Positions 29,855 to 39,861 of a stretch of 64,000 nucleotides of DNA are shown in pieces. Position 1 is the first letter of the stretch. Each line of letters begins with the position of its first letter. The stretch comes from a virus. Taxonomy: Duplodnaviria; Caudoviricetes. The notes beneath the pieces were generated by a model that was not told the DNA's origin, searched no databases, and saw nothing but the letters and a program-made list of their open reading frames with translations. The position numbers were made by a program, and so were the translations under genes. The stretch lies in IMG/VR virus record IMGVR_UViG_3300028048_003124, one strand, 5' to 3'.

Positions 29855-31879
29855 GTGTTTTGTATGATATATAAATTAGAGGACTATGTTGTAAATGCGG
29901 AAAAATTGTCGATGGACAAAGTATACACTTGGAGTATATTGGGTAATTTATATGACGGGACTGTACAAGATTTTATAGAGAGTACGCTAGATGTCGGTGT
30001 TACATACTCATTTGTGTGTAATAATTGTGGTAAAGTGTGTACTAAAGGTGTAAATTCAATATTAAGGGGTGGACTTTTGTGCGCACCTTGTGCAAGGGCA
30101 GTGGGGAGACAGAAAAAGAAATTGGAGAAAGGTTTAAGCTTGTACAATTATTACCCAGTTGTTGCAGAGTGGTTTGATAATGCAGGAAATGGTGTCAGTT
30201 CTAAAGATGTGTATTTTAACTCTCAAGATAAGTATTTGTTCAAATGTCCAAAGTGTGGGGTAATATACAAGAAGGCTCTTAATCTTGTGGTAAACTCTTA
30301 TGTAAAGCATAACTCAAACGGATGTAGGGTATGTGCAGGATATCAGGTATTGGAGGGTTTTAATGATATAACTGCGAGAAATAAACCATCAGCAGAGTAT
30401 TGGGACGAGGAGAAAAATGGAATACCAAGTAATAGGGTATTGTGGAGTGACCAAAATCCTCGATGGTTTAGATGTCCTGAGGGGCACTCTTATCAAAGAA
30501 CACCTTTCAGAATGTTAAACTCCTATAATAAGGGTATAGATGGTAAAGACCTATGTCCTATATGTAAAGGAACTGAGGTGCTGAAAGGATACAATGACAT
30601 AGCGTCTAGGAATCCTTTGGCACTAAGATACTGGGATTATGATAAGAATGGTGATAATACTCCAGAGACCGTTTATTACAGGTCTCACGTTCAGTACTGG
30701 TTTCGTTGTGGAGAGGGGCATAGTTTTCTAAAAAGACCTAATGAGTTTTATCTGCAACTGAACAATGTAGGTATGTCTGCTGAGGGTTGTCCTGTGTGTT
30801 CTGGAAATAGGTTTTCTGGTGGTGTTAACGATTTATTAACAAAGTATGGAGAAACAGTTGAAAAGTATTGGGATTATGAGAAGAACACAGAGAGACCTGA
30901 AGAGGTGTTCGCCTATTCAGGGAAAGAGTATTGGTGGAAATGTGTAAAATGTGGGAAAAGTTTCTTGCTTGACAACGACAGAAGGGTGCGAGGTTTAGGT
31001 TTGTGTGAAGATTGCAGGGTAATAAAATCTGTCAGTACTTTTGAAATTGAGGTTTACAATGAGGTGAAGAAACTGTACTTAAACGCTGAAAGTCAGGTAC
31101 AGTTTGATGGGATGACATACGATATCTACGTGCCAGATAGGAAATTAGTTATTGAGTGTAATGGTGTGTATTGGCATTCAGATGCCGTAAGTAGGTATAC
31201 AGATGGAAATCATAATAAAAAGAGGCTCAATACTCTAAGAAAGAATAGGTTGTCCCTATTTGTAATATGGGAAGATCAGTGGGTAACAAATAAAGACCTG
31301 GTTCTGAGGGTATTAAAAAGAAAACTTGGTAAGAGTACTGAAAAGAAGGTAAATGCCAGAGACTGTGTAGTATCTGAACAAGGAAGTAGTTCAGGGGTAA
31401 TACAAAACAATCATATTCAAGGTGATGTGGGTGTTGGTTGTAGATATGTTTCATTGGAGCTAAACGGGTATCCTGTGGCAGAGATAGCCTATAAGTTAGA
31501 TGAGAATGGTTTATACATATGTAGGTATGCAACAAACAGTCTTGTTAGAGGTGGTTTTTCGAAGTTATTAAAATATCTGATTGATACAGCTTGTGATGAT
31601 GGATGTTGTATATACACCTTTTCAGATAATAGTATATCTGACGGAAACCTATATAGGGTATGTGGTTTTGAAAAAGTTGATGAGTTAGCATCTGATTATA
31701 TGTATGTCTATAAAGATATAAGGTATCATAAATTTAACTTTCGAAAGAGTAGATTTAAAAAAGACCCTAATTTAAAATTTGAGGAGGGTATGACTGAAAG
31801 AGAATTAGCAAACCTTAATAAAATATACAGGGTATATGATTATGGCAAGGTAAAGTGGCAATTGATAGTAAAAAAGTAA
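29855..31879 (+). CDS. Zinc-ribbon (DUF4379-like) repeat + PD-(D/E)XK endonuclease, copy 2
   Basis: Repeated W.Y.KN...W..C..GH...GCP.C units; YDIYVP..LVIECNGVYWHS, IWED; C-terminal RGGFSKL/TFSDN/YDYGK domain. Confidence 0.8.
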   Translation: MFCMIYKLEDYVVNAEKLSMDKVYTWSILGNLYDGTVQDFIESTLDVGVTYSFVCNNCGKVCTKGVNSILRGGLLCAPCARAVGRQKKKLEKGLSLYNYYPVVAEWFDNAGNGVSSKDVYFNSQDKYLFKCPKCGVIYKKALNLVVNSYVKHNSNGCRVCAGYQVLEGFNDITARNKPSAEYWDEEKNGIPSNRVLWSDQNPRWFRCPEGHSYQRTPFRMLNSYNKGIDGKDLCPICKGTEVLKGYNDIASRNPLALRYWDYDKNGDNTPETVYYRSHVQYWFRCGEGHSFLKRPNEFYLQLNNVGMSAEGCPVCSGNRFSGGVNDLLTKYGETVEKYWDYEKNTERPEEVFAYSGKEYWWKCVKCGKSFLLDNDRRVRGLGLCEDCRVIKSVSTFEIEVYNEVKKLYLNAESQVQFDGMTYDIYVPDRKLVIECNGVYWHSDAVSRYTDGNHNKKRLNTLRKNRLSLFVIWEDQWVTNKDLVLRVLKRKLGKSTEKKVNARDCVVSEQGSSSGVIQNNHIQGDVGVGCRYVSLELNGYPVAEIAYKLDENGLYICRYATNSLVRGGFSKLLKYLIDTACDDGCCIYTFSDNSISDGNLYRVCGFEKVDELASDYMYVYKDIRYHKFNFRKSRFKKDPNLKFEEGMTERELANLNKIYRVYDYGKVKWQLIVKK

Positions 31880-31908
31880 AGATTGCTCTAAAAACCTTAT
31901 AGACAGGG

Positions 31909-31937
31909 TTGTATTAATAGTAGAAATATGGTAAAAT
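31909..31937 (+). promoter_or_regulatory. sigmaA-type promoter of gyrB (extended -10)
   Basis: TTGTAT-N17 (ending TGG)-TAAAAT. Confidence 0.75.
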
Positions 31938-31977
31938 ATATTTAGAATCAAATTTAGGTTCTTATTTCGTATAAGGA

Positions 31978-34032
31978 GTGAAAACTATGGCTGATAAAAG
32001 GTATGACGACAGTTCGATATCCCAGCTTAAAGGCGCAGAGCGTGTAAGGTTGAGACCTGAAGCTCTATTGGGCAGTAGGGGTATTGACGGTGCAATCCAT
32101 ACCATTCAGGAGATCATTGGTAATGCCACTGATGAAAAACTGGCAGGGTATGGAGATCAGCTCGACATTTGTTACCGCGAAGATGGGAGTATCTCTATCA
32201 GAGATTATGGTAGAGGAGTACCTCTTGGTTGGAATGAGAAAGAGCAGGCTTGGAATTACAACCTAATTTATAACGAGTTGTATGCAGGCGGTAAGTACGC
32301 TGATAACCAGCAGGTTCTCAGAGATATTGACGAGAGAAATGATTGGGAAGCCTTTAGAATGGAGGACCACCCATATTTGATTTCTATCGGTCTCAACGGT
32401 CTTGGCGGAGCGGCTACTCAGTATAGTTCTAAGTACTTCATTGTAAAATCTTACCGTGATGGCGTAATGTCAGAGATGCAGTTCGAGAAGGGGTGTCCCA
32501 TCCTTGATGAACTGATAGTCGAGAAAACAGATGAACCCAATGGTACTTATATTGAGTGGAAACCTGATGACGATGTTTTCACAGATACTGACATACCCGA
32601 GAAGTGGTTTGAGAACACTTGCAAGGCATTGGCTTTTGTATCTGGTTTTAAGGTTAATCTGAATATCAAAGGTGAACAGTATACATTTAATGCAAGTTCT
32701 ATTTCTAATGAGATGAAGGAGTCTGTTGGTGATTGTGTTTTTGGTCATAACTTTAAGCACATTGTTGACGGTACTGGTGATGTCTGTATTTGCGATGTAG
32801 AGATTGCAATTGGACCTAACGGTAGAAATCAGGATTTTTACCACAATAAGGTAGCAATTAGAGGTGGAGCTCATGCAACTGGCGTATACACTGCCTTAAG
32901 CCAGTTCTTCTATAAGGTAAGTCAGAATAACGGTATTAAGATTACAGAGAGGGACTACGCAGGAAAGTTTTCTGTAATTATTTCTACTCTTGCCAATAAG
33001 GCAAGTCTTAGAAACCAGACAAAAGATAGTATTGACGATATGTGGATTGCTAGTCTCATTGCAGATACTATGTTTAATCTGCTATCTACAGAGTACTCAA
33101 AGGGTACTCCATGGCTACAGGGTATTATCGATGAGGTTGTTGTAAACGCTCAAAACAGAATTGCTGTAGCTGAGATGTCTAAGAACTTAAAAGAAGTTCA
33201 GAAGGCTACAACTCGTCATAAGGCAAGTAACAAGTTTGTAACCTGTCGTTCTTATGAAGATGGAAAAAGAGCAGCAGAAACAGAATTCTTTATTACAGAG
33301 GGTGATTCTGCAGGTGGTAACGTCGTATTATCGAGAGATAGTGATTACCAGTGTCTTTTAAAAATTAGGGGTAAGTCTTTGAACGTATTCAAAGCTCCTT
33401 TGCAGAAACTCATCGCAAATAAAGAGATACTTGATATGATAAGTATCTTGGGCTGTGGTGTAGATCTGGGTATCGATGATTTTGAAACTTTTGATATAAA
33501 TAAGCTTAAGGTTGGTAAGATTATCTTTGCGACAGATGCCGACGTCGACGGAGCTCACATTCGCGTGTTACTTTTCCTTATTATTTACAGGCTCTTCCCG
33601 AAGCTTTTATCCTCAGGAAACATCTACGTTGCAGAGACCCCTCTGTACGTGCTGAATATGAAAAACAATGAGTCTATCTACTGCATGACCGAGGAAGAAA
33701 TGAGAGAAAAGAGTGCCGAGTTAAGCGGTCAGATACGTACAATCGACCGTTTTAAGGGCTTAGGCGAGTGTTCGACTAGCGTCCTTTGGTCAACGATGCT
33801 CAATCCTGAAACACGAAGCTTACGTCAAATCAAAATAGATCCTAATGACACAGATATCTATTCAGCTCTTGAGGTACTCTTTGGTAAGTCAACAGCGGAT
33901 AGAAAGAGGGCTATCCTCGGAAGTATGTTGGGTACTGACTTCGATGAGACTATTGAGAGTATCGACGATATTGCAAATTACATTGATGGTCTTGAGTTAA
34001 ATAATCTGGAAGTAGAAGACGTAGAATATTAA
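31978..34032 (+). CDS. gyrB: Type IIA topoisomerase subunit B (GyrB/ParE family)
   Basis: EIIGNATDE, DYGRGVP, GLNGLG, TEGDSAGG, IRGK, TDADVDGAHI, RFKGLGE. Likely start ATG 31987. Gyrase versus topo IV cannot be settled by eye. Confidence 0.93.
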   Translation: MKTMADKRYDDSSISQLKGAERVRLRPEALLGSRGIDGAIHTIQEIIGNATDEKLAGYGDQLDICYREDGSISIRDYGRGVPLGWNEKEQAWNYNLIYNELYAGGKYADNQQVLRDIDERNDWEAFRMEDHPYLISIGLNGLGGAATQYSSKYFIVKSYRDGVMSEMQFEKGCPILDELIVEKTDEPNGTYIEWKPDDDVFTDTDIPEKWFENTCKALAFVSGFKVNLNIKGEQYTFNASSISNEMKESVGDCVFGHNFKHIVDGTGDVCICDVEIAIGPNGRNQDFYHNKVAIRGGAHATGVYTALSQFFYKVSQNNGIKITERDYAGKFSVIISTLANKASLRNQTKDSIDDMWIASLIADTMFNLLSTEYSKGTPWLQGIIDEVVVNAQNRIAVAEMSKNLKEVQKATTRHKASNKFVTCRSYEDGKRAAETEFFITEGDSAGGNVVLSRDSDYQCLLKIRGKSLNVFKAPLQKLIANKEILDMISILGCGVDLGIDDFETFDINKLKVGKIIFATDADVDGAHIRVLLFLIIYRLFPKLLSSGNIYVAETPLYVLNMKNNESIYCMTEEEMREKSAELSGQIRTIDRFKGLGECSTSVLWSTMLNPETRSLRQIKIDPNDTDIYSALEVLFGKSTADRKRAILGSMLGTDFDETIESIDDIANYIDGLELNNLEVEDVEY

Positions 34033-34039
34033 AAGCTAA

Positions 34040-34069
34040 GGGTATGCTGATAGATATATTGGCATACCC
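34040..34069 (+). terminator. Hairpin after gyrB
   Basis: GGGTATGCTGATA-GATA-TATTGGCATACCC stem; no strong T tract. Confidence 0.55.
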
Positions 34070-34090
34070 ATAATTTATAGGAGGGTAATA

Positions 34091-34600
34091 GTGAATTGTT
34101 ATAGTCTTTCGATGTTAAGAAATATTTTAAATACTGTTAATATCGATATGGTGTCAAACAGATTTCCACCAAATAACAATACTTTTCTTGTTATAAACAA
34201 TGCCTGTAAGGTATGGTTTAAGGATGGTTATGCTCCAAAGGAGTTAGAGAAATATGTTATTTATAGATTTGATATGGGTTTATCTGTAGATAATATATCC
34301 AAAACTATGCAAGTAACAAACGCAAAAGTTTCTCGTTCTCTTAACCTGTTTGTAAAGAATGTCAGATGGGTATTAAGAGACTCTATTGCTAGTGGGGTTT
34401 ATAAAAGGCTCGTTAGTGAATTTCCTGAGATACTATACATGCCTAAGGTGTGTAAGGCTTTACATAGCTTTAATATCTTGGATACTTATGATATGGCTTT
34501 TTGTGATTTTGATGCTATATTAAAGTCTAAGAGGTTTTCTTCGAAAGATAAGTCAAAGTTAAAGGAAATTCGGTCAATTTGTGAAAGAAAGTATAATTAA
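34091..34600 (+). CDS. Degenerate sigma70 region 4-like HTH + RNAP alphaCTD-like protein
   Basis: YRFDMGLSVDNISKTMQVTNAKVSR (HTH-like); PKVCKALHSFNI...AILKSKRFS (alphaCTD-like). Confidence 0.5.
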   Translation: MNCYSLSMLRNILNTVNIDMVSNRFPPNNNTFLVINNACKVWFKDGYAPKELEKYVIYRFDMGLSVDNISKTMQVTNAKVSRSLNLFVKNVRWVLRDSIASGVYKRLVSEFPEILYMPKVCKALHSFNILDTYDMAFCDFDAILKSKRFSSKDKSKLKEIRSICERKYN

Positions 34601-35138
34601 GGGTTGTTTGTGTATGTGTTTTGATATAAATGGAAATGAGAAAAAGTTTTTATTAAATGTATATAACGGTATATTAAAAGTAGCTAAAAATAAAAAATTA
34701 TATACAAGTTTCTCAACAATGGAAATATTGAGTTGTCTAAAGAGAGTTATAGACACATCAGTCAGTAAGGGTATTTTAACAGATAGAGAGTATGCAACGT
34801 TATATTCAAAGTTTTGGAACGGTTTTTCAGATGCAAAGATTGCAAGTTTTGAGGGCATAAGTAACTCTATGATTTTTTATAGAGTTAAGTGGTCTATATT
34901 AAAAGTGCTTAACTTTGAGTTATTAAAAGAATTAAAAGCATTTCCAGATGGTGCTATAGAATATGTAAATATGTCTAAAAGGGCTTACAATGCCTTAAAA
35001 ATAAATGGTGTAAATACTGTAAGTGCTTTATGCGATATGTCAGATGATGTCATTTTGTCTAAAAAGCATATTGGTGAAACACTTGGTAGGGAAATTTGCG
35101 GTATTAAGGAGAGGTTAATACATGAGGAAGCTAAGTAA
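34581..35138 (+). CDS. sigma70 region 4-like HTH + RNAP alphaCTD fusion
   Basis: LTDREYATL...GFSDAKIASFEGIS; IEYVNMSKRAYNALKINGVNTVSAL...KHIG. Likely start ATG 34614. Confidence 0.75.
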   Translation: MKESIIKGCLCMCFDINGNEKKFLLNVYNGILKVAKNKKLYTSFSTMEILSCLKRVIDTSVSKGILTDREYATLYSKFWNGFSDAKIASFEGISNSMIFYRVKWSILKVLNFELLKELKAFPDGAIEYVNMSKRAYNALKINGVNTVSALCDMSDDVILSKKHIGETLGREICGIKERLIHEEAK

Positions 35139-35784
35139 TAAAGGTAAGAAAAACTTTAAAAAAGTTTTATATGTTGGTTTATACATAGTAATTATAAGCT
35201 GGATGGTTGTATCTGGTATTCAGTTATGGTTAGACTGTGCCATTTTAGATAATAACTACTCAAATATGTTGGTAGATAAGCAAGATGGTAGTATTACAGA
35301 GGTTGCTGATGTTTATAGTAATGGTGACTTTACTTTATCTGACGACGGTACAGTTCTAAAGTCAGATAGTGATATAAATAATTATGTAAGGGTACCAAGT
35401 TATGGTAGTTACTACTATAATAAAGAAAACAAGTCTTTCTTTGCGCCATTAACAAAGGTAGAAACAAGAAACCTAATGCTTAAGTTTGTATTGTTAGATA
35501 TGCTGAGTTTTATCATAATGATTATACTCCTTGTCCATAATAGGAATAAGGGTACTTGGTTAAAAGTAATTATATGGGTTTCAGAGCTTCTATATGCTTT
35601 TGGGACATACTTGGTATATGCAAACGCTCTAAGTGTACTTTACAGAGTAGAGAAAGGTGTATGGATTATACCTTTGGCTAAATTGGCGATATTATGTATT
35701 GTATTATTAATTGCATTTATAGTAGATGCAAGAAAAGATACAAAACTACCTTTAAGACTTCATAGGAGGAAGAAAGATGGTTAA
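35122..35784 (+). CDS. Multi-pass membrane protein
   Basis: About four hydrophobic helices with one large loop. Confidence 0.7.
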   Translation: MRKLSNKGKKNFKKVLYVGLYIVIISWMVVSGIQLWLDCAILDNNYSNMLVDKQDGSITEVADVYSNGDFTLSDDGTVLKSDSDINNYVRVPSYGSYYYNKENKSFFAPLTKVETRNLMLKFVLLDMLSFIIMIILLVHNRNKGTWLKVIIWVSELLYAFGTYLVYANALSVLYRVEKGVWIIPLAKLAILCIVLLIAFIVDARKDTKLPLRLHRRKKDG

Positions 35785-36730
35785 TTCAACATATAAGTAT
35801 GCTAAAGCAATGGGGTATGTATCTCGTATAGCGTCTACGATAGTATACATAGTAAACGGGAATATGTATGAGTATGGTGCTTGTGTACATTTTAAAATAT
35901 GTAGAAAAGATTTGTACTCTTTTTATTCTTTTAGTCGTAATGCGGCAAAAAAGTCAATAAGTACGCCAAAGACTCAAAGCAAAGAGGTTATTGCTCTTTG
36001 GTATGCTTCTTTGCTAACGAGGTCGGTAGAGGCTCTTGCAAATGGTGCAAGTATTTCCGTTATTGTAAACACGTTTGGGGTATCAAGATCTAATATAAAC
36101 TGGGTGGTCAGTAAGGCGATGAAAGAATATGTGAAAGATGATCCGCCTGAGTTAGATTTGTACAGGCTTGTCTTAGGTGGTGATATATCATCAAAAGATT
36201 TGCCTGTTGATTATAAAGAAACAGTAAAGTATCTTTTAGGTTTATTATCTCCTAGAAGAGAGATGGTTTTAAGGATGCGTATTGGTCTAGATAATAACAA
36301 GCATACTTTAGATCAGGTAGCAAGGGAGTTTAATGTAACTAAGGAAGTTGTAAGACGTATTGAGTCTCAGGCTCTAATGGAACTGCGTAGTTCTGGGAAA
36401 GTTGATATGTTAAAGCTCGGTATTAAAAAATACAATTCTCTTCCAACAACTAAGGAGATTGTTGGTAAAGACAAACCAATAGAGCAGTTTAATTTTTCTG
36501 TAAGGACATATAATTGTTTAAAAAGGGCAGGTTTTAATACTTTAAGTGATTTTAACGGTGTGTCAGTTTATAAGTTACTTCAGATACGCAATTTTAGAGA
36601 ATGGTGTGTAGAAGAGGTAATAAGCTCACTTAAAAAGTCCAAGTGTGTGAGTTTTTCAGGCAATGTGGATAATATTAGTTTAACTAAAAATGTAGATGCC
36701 CTGAGAGGTATTACTATTAAGATTTTGTGA
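35777..36730 (+). CDS. sigma70 region 4 + RNAP alphaCTD fusion protein
   Basis: LSPRREMVLRMRIGL...TLDQVAREFNVTKEVVRRIESQALMELR (sigma 4); PIEQFNFSVRTYNCLKRAGFNTL...IRNF (alphaCTD). Confidence 0.85.
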   Translation: MVNSTYKYAKAMGYVSRIASTIVYIVNGNMYEYGACVHFKICRKDLYSFYSFSRNAAKKSISTPKTQSKEVIALWYASLLTRSVEALANGASISVIVNTFGVSRSNINWVVSKAMKEYVKDDPPELDLYRLVLGGDISSKDLPVDYKETVKYLLGLLSPRREMVLRMRIGLDNNKHTLDQVAREFNVTKEVVRRIESQALMELRSSGKVDMLKLGIKKYNSLPTTKEIVGKDKPIEQFNFSVRTYNCLKRAGFNTLSDFNGVSVYKLLQIRNFREWCVEEVISSLKKSKCVSFSGNVDNISLTKNVDALRGITIKIL

Positions 36731-36738
36731 GGTAAGCA

Positions 36739-37674
36739 ATGAGTAGCAGATTATCGCAAGAAAAAGCATCAGAAGGTATTAAGTATATTGGCAAGATATA
36801 CAATGCTTTATACGCAATAAAAAACAAAATGGTAGACGAATGGGTAGCCTGTAAAGCTGTTGGTATTTATAGAAAAGATCTTTGGTCTTTTTATAGAAAG
36901 GTTCAGAAACATACAGGAAGTTACTCTTTTTATAACAAGACCGCAGTTGCTTTAGGTTACTCAGGAAGGCTGATTAAGGCTTTAGAAAAGTTATCCTATG
37001 GTAATGATAGTAATAGGGTTTGTCAGATGTATAATGTACAGTGGTCTCACATTCTGTGGGCTATTGATAGAGCAAATGTTAAGTATGTATTCAACGATCC
37101 GCCTGAGTTAGACCTATATAAAGATTTGCTTGAAAATGATGCGTTAACTGTAAAGGATTTGCCTAAAGATTACAGAAATACCGTTGTTTACTGTTTATCT
37201 AAAGTCAAGTACAAGGATGCTAAAGACGTTTTAGAACATTATTACGGTATTTACGGTAATAAGATGTCATTAGGTGATCTAGATACAATGTTAAGTAAAC
37301 CAAAAGGTTCTAGCTCAGCTGCAAGAAGTCGTGGGCTAAACTTCTTAAGAAAGTATTTTATGCACCTGCTGACAACTGGTCTTGCAAGTGCGGATATCAT
37401 GGACCCAAACACTGTAAGTTTGGACAGCTTATTCGGTCAAAGAGTAGCAAGCAGTCTAAACGAAATGGGTATAAATTCATTAAAAGATATGAATGGAATG
37501 TCCTATGCAGATTTGATATACATTCGTAATTTCGGTGATGAGGTAGTGAAAAGCATTTTTGAAAGGTTAAGTATTTTGTCTTGTATTAGGTTTAGTAGGA
37601 AGATTGATTCCTATGATAAGCTGTGTGAAGAACCCTACACGAGGATTTTGGTATATTCGTGTCCTGATTGTTAG
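36739..37674 (+). CDS. Paralog of 35777..36730 (degenerate sigma 4 + alphaCTD)
   Basis: Shares RKDL.SFY, DPPELDLY and KDLP.DY..TV.Y.L; RVASSLNEMGINSLKDM...IRNFG. Confidence 0.75.
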   Translation: MSSRLSQEKASEGIKYIGKIYNALYAIKNKMVDEWVACKAVGIYRKDLWSFYRKVQKHTGSYSFYNKTAVALGYSGRLIKALEKLSYGNDSNRVCQMYNVQWSHILWAIDRANVKYVFNDPPELDLYKDLLENDALTVKDLPKDYRNTVVYCLSKVKYKDAKDVLEHYYGIYGNKMSLGDLDTMLSKPKGSSSAARSRGLNFLRKYFMHLLTTGLASADIMDPNTVSLDSLFGQRVASSLNEMGINSLKDMNGMSYADLIYIRNFGDEVVKSIFERLSILSCIRFSRKIDSYDKLCEEPYTRILVYSCPDC

Positions 37675-37728
37675 TTAATTGTATATAACAATAAAGAATT
37701 AAATATTTACAAAATAGAAGGAGAACCT

Positions 37729-39795
37729 ATGGGTATTCATAAAAAGTACTTAACACCTCAACTTTATTGTAAAGATATTATAGATTTTTCTATGAAAGAA
37801 AAAGTTTATAATTGGGTAATAAATGGTGAAGAGTATTCTGGAACCTTATTAGATTTCTTCTCTGAGTATAGGTATAAAGATATTCAAGGAGATAGTTGTT
37901 GTGATGTAGAGTCTATAAAAAAGGGTTATAAAAATTTTATAAATTCTTTGAGTGGTATATACAGTCACGAGAGTGTTATAGCAGGTATATGCCCTGTTTG
38001 TAATATGTTTGCAACAGTATCTTGGTATAGATATAATAGTGGTGGTTTTAAATGTAAACAGTGTTCTACTGTGAAAGGTTTGTCAATTGCTGATAATGAG
38101 AAGGTTAAAGCTTTATATTTAAGAGCTAACAATATTTTCCCGCCAGAGTCTATACCCTTGTATTCTCAGAAGGATATAAAGTTTAAGTGTTCAGTAGGTC
38201 ATGAATTTTATAGACGCCCATCATCAATAGTGAGGAACGGTGTGATAGGCGAAGGTTGTCCTATTTGCAACAATTCGTTAAACGCCACAAATTTTCTTAA
38301 AGATAATCCTAAAGCGGCATCTATGTGGGATTATACAAGAAACGGTATAAATCCAGAAGATGTGGCAAGGAGTAGTGGTAAGTATTATTGGTTTGTATGC
38401 CCAGAAGGTCATAGTTTTCAATCTTCACCGAATATTTTAGATAGAAGAAGGAATAGTGTAGGTTTTGGTTGCCCTGAGTGTTATAGATTATATAAGTTAA
38501 ATACTTATAATTTAGCTTCAAGGTATCCAACAATATACAAGTATTGGGATGATCGAAATCCCGAAGACCCTGCTGATGTAATGTCAGACCCAGAGGGTAT
38601 AAATAGTGATAAATTATATTGGGTTCATTGTGATTTCGGTCATGTGTATAAACAGTCTGCATGTAAAATAGGTAAGAGTTTCAATAAAGATGGTATAAAG
38701 AGATGTCCAGTGTGTTCTGGGCAGTTCTTGCAGAGTGGTGTCAATGATTTGAAAACTTTAATGCCTAAGGTAGCAGAATGTTGGGATTATGAGAGGAATA
38801 CTTCTTTACCAGAAGACTATGCTCCATTTTCTCACAAGCCAGCATGGTTTAAGTGTGTAGTATGCGGTAGGAGTGTGTACTATAAGTCCATAAATGATAG
38901 AAGCAAGTCTGCAGGTTATTGCAAAGATTGCGCTTCTAAATTCAACCAATCATTAACAGAAAAGGAACTTATAAATTATGTAACAAGCCTAGGTTTCGAA
39001 GTAAAAACAGATAAGACTTTAGGCGATATGCACTACAAGTATGATATGTATATAGCTGAGATGGGGCTGTTAATAGAGTACAATGGTGTATATTACCACA
39101 GTGAGGCTGTTCATACTGATAAGATGCGACATTATAAGAAATATGCTGAGGCTAAAAACGCAGGTTTAGACTTATTTGTAATTTGGGAAGATGATTATAA
39201 AAGAAACCCAGATTTGATAAAGCGTATGTTGAGAAATAGATTAAACGTGTCTATTGAGAGTAAGGTTAACGCAAGAGATTGCATTGTTGTCTACCCAGAT
39301 ACAGTATCCGCAAAGGTTTTTCTAAATGAAAATCATATACAGATGTCTGGTGGGTTGAATACATACTTAGCTTTATCATTAAATGGGTTTTTTGTAGCTG
39401 TAATGGCATATTCCGTAAAAGATGGTGTTGCTACAATAAATAGATATGCAACATCTTGTAATGTTAGAGGTGGTTTTTCCAAATTATTAAAAGTTTTGAG
39501 CAGTAATGATGAACTTACGGCTATAGAGACTTTTTCAGATAATAGCATATCCGATGGAGATCTGTATAAAAACAGTGGTTTTGTTATTACTAAACATATA
39601 AAACCCGACTACAGTTATTTGTACAAGGGTAGGGAAAGGGTACATAAGTTTAATTTAAGAAAAAAAGCATTTCAAAAAGACGTAAATCTAGTTTATAAAG
39701 AGGGTATGTCTGAGGCAGAGTTGGCTGAGTTAAACGGTTTATATCGTATATGGGATTATGGTAAAAAGAAATGGAGACTAGATTTAACTTTGTAG
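37729..39795 (+). CDS. Zinc-ribbon (DUF4379-like) repeat + PD-(D/E)XK endonuclease, copy 3
   Basis: Same architecture as 29855..31879; YDMYI...LIEYNGVYYHS, IWEDD, RGGFSKL, TFSDN, WDYGK. Confidence 0.8.
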   Translation: MGIHKKYLTPQLYCKDIIDFSMKEKVYNWVINGEEYSGTLLDFFSEYRYKDIQGDSCCDVESIKKGYKNFINSLSGIYSHESVIAGICPVCNMFATVSWYRYNSGGFKCKQCSTVKGLSIADNEKVKALYLRANNIFPPESIPLYSQKDIKFKCSVGHEFYRRPSSIVRNGVIGEGCPICNNSLNATNFLKDNPKAASMWDYTRNGINPEDVARSSGKYYWFVCPEGHSFQSSPNILDRRRNSVGFGCPECYRLYKLNTYNLASRYPTIYKYWDDRNPEDPADVMSDPEGINSDKLYWVHCDFGHVYKQSACKIGKSFNKDGIKRCPVCSGQFLQSGVNDLKTLMPKVAECWDYERNTSLPEDYAPFSHKPAWFKCVVCGRSVYYKSINDRSKSAGYCKDCASKFNQSLTEKELINYVTSLGFEVKTDKTLGDMHYKYDMYIAEMGLLIEYNGVYYHSEAVHTDKMRHYKKYAEAKNAGLDLFVIWEDDYKRNPDLIKRMLRNRLNVSIESKVNARDCIVVYPDTVSAKVFLNENHIQMSGGLNTYLALSLNGFFVAVMAYSVKDGVATINRYATSCNVRGGFSKLLKVLSSNDELTAIETFSDNSISDGDLYKNSGFVITKHIKPDYSYLYKGRERVHKFNLRKKAFQKDVNLVYKEGMSEAELAELNGLYRIWDYGKKKWRLDLTL

Positions 39796-39801
39796 ATATT
39801 A

Positions 39802-39830
39802 TTGCATATTTGGTAGAAATATGGTATAAT
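39802..39830 (+). promoter_or_regulatory. sigmaA-type promoter of gyrA-dnaB (extended -10)
   Basis: TTGCAT-N17 (ending TGG)-TATAAT, followed by RBS AGGAGG. Confidence 0.85.
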
Positions 39831-39861
39831 ATATGTAGACCTAGAAATTTAGGAGGTTTAT

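Noticed and set aside
35777-36730. Calling this gene rpoA or a true sigma factor
   Set aside because: No alpha N-terminal domain and no sigma region 2; only the C-terminal modules are present.
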